A stretch of 63,723 bases of DNA, filler included, from Octopus bimaculoides (lineage: Eukaryota), in assembly GCF_001194135.2 (NCBI RefSeq). It is 7 parts of 7 records of this genome, joined end to end, with 100 filler letters (N's around TTAATTAATTAA, not from the genome) between each part and the next. Parts side by side here need not be neighbours in the genome. Positions count along the whole stretch, not along the records: positions 62,471 to 63,723 come from NW_026432578.1; 6 more parts are not named here. The stretch is one strand, 5' to 3'. The notes under the pieces are model-generated. The model worked only from the letters and a program-made list of their open reading frames with translations. It made no database searches and was not told the origin of the DNA. This document shows positions 63,686-63,723 of the stretch, piece by piece. Position numbers and translations under genes: made by a program. Within the stretch, counting starts at the first letter, position 1. Each line of letters begins with the position of its first letter.

Positions 63686-63723
<38 letters not shown>

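Overview
Eukaryotic, AT-rich, microsatellite-saturated draft-scaffold DNA with 23 N-gaps (about 9% of the window). The SINE/LINE repertoire and the N44-TTAATTAATTAA-N44 gap tokens point to an octopod cephalopod, probably an Octopus assembly (inference, not verified by search). I can support no host protein-coding gene, rRNA, true tRNA or CRISPR array; nearly all listed ORFs are microsatellite or N-run artefacts. The recognisable coding sequence is all decayed transposons: R4/Dong-like RLE LINEs tied to (TAA)n arrays, RTE LINEs, a CR1-group LINE, a Penelope GIY-YIG fragment, Tc1/mariner relics (DD35E, DD37D and two Tc1 with TIRs), a hAT MITE and a possible solo LTR. Three tRNA-derived SINE families are also present. 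I found no new multi-gene system. The best leads are small-scale: a 3' hairpin shared with compensatory changes between the CR1 LINE and a CORE-type SINE, two long fold-back hairpins in otherwise unique DNA, (CA)n arrays growing out of Tc1 termini, and a 505-bp non-coding element that may be an R4-mobilised passenger.
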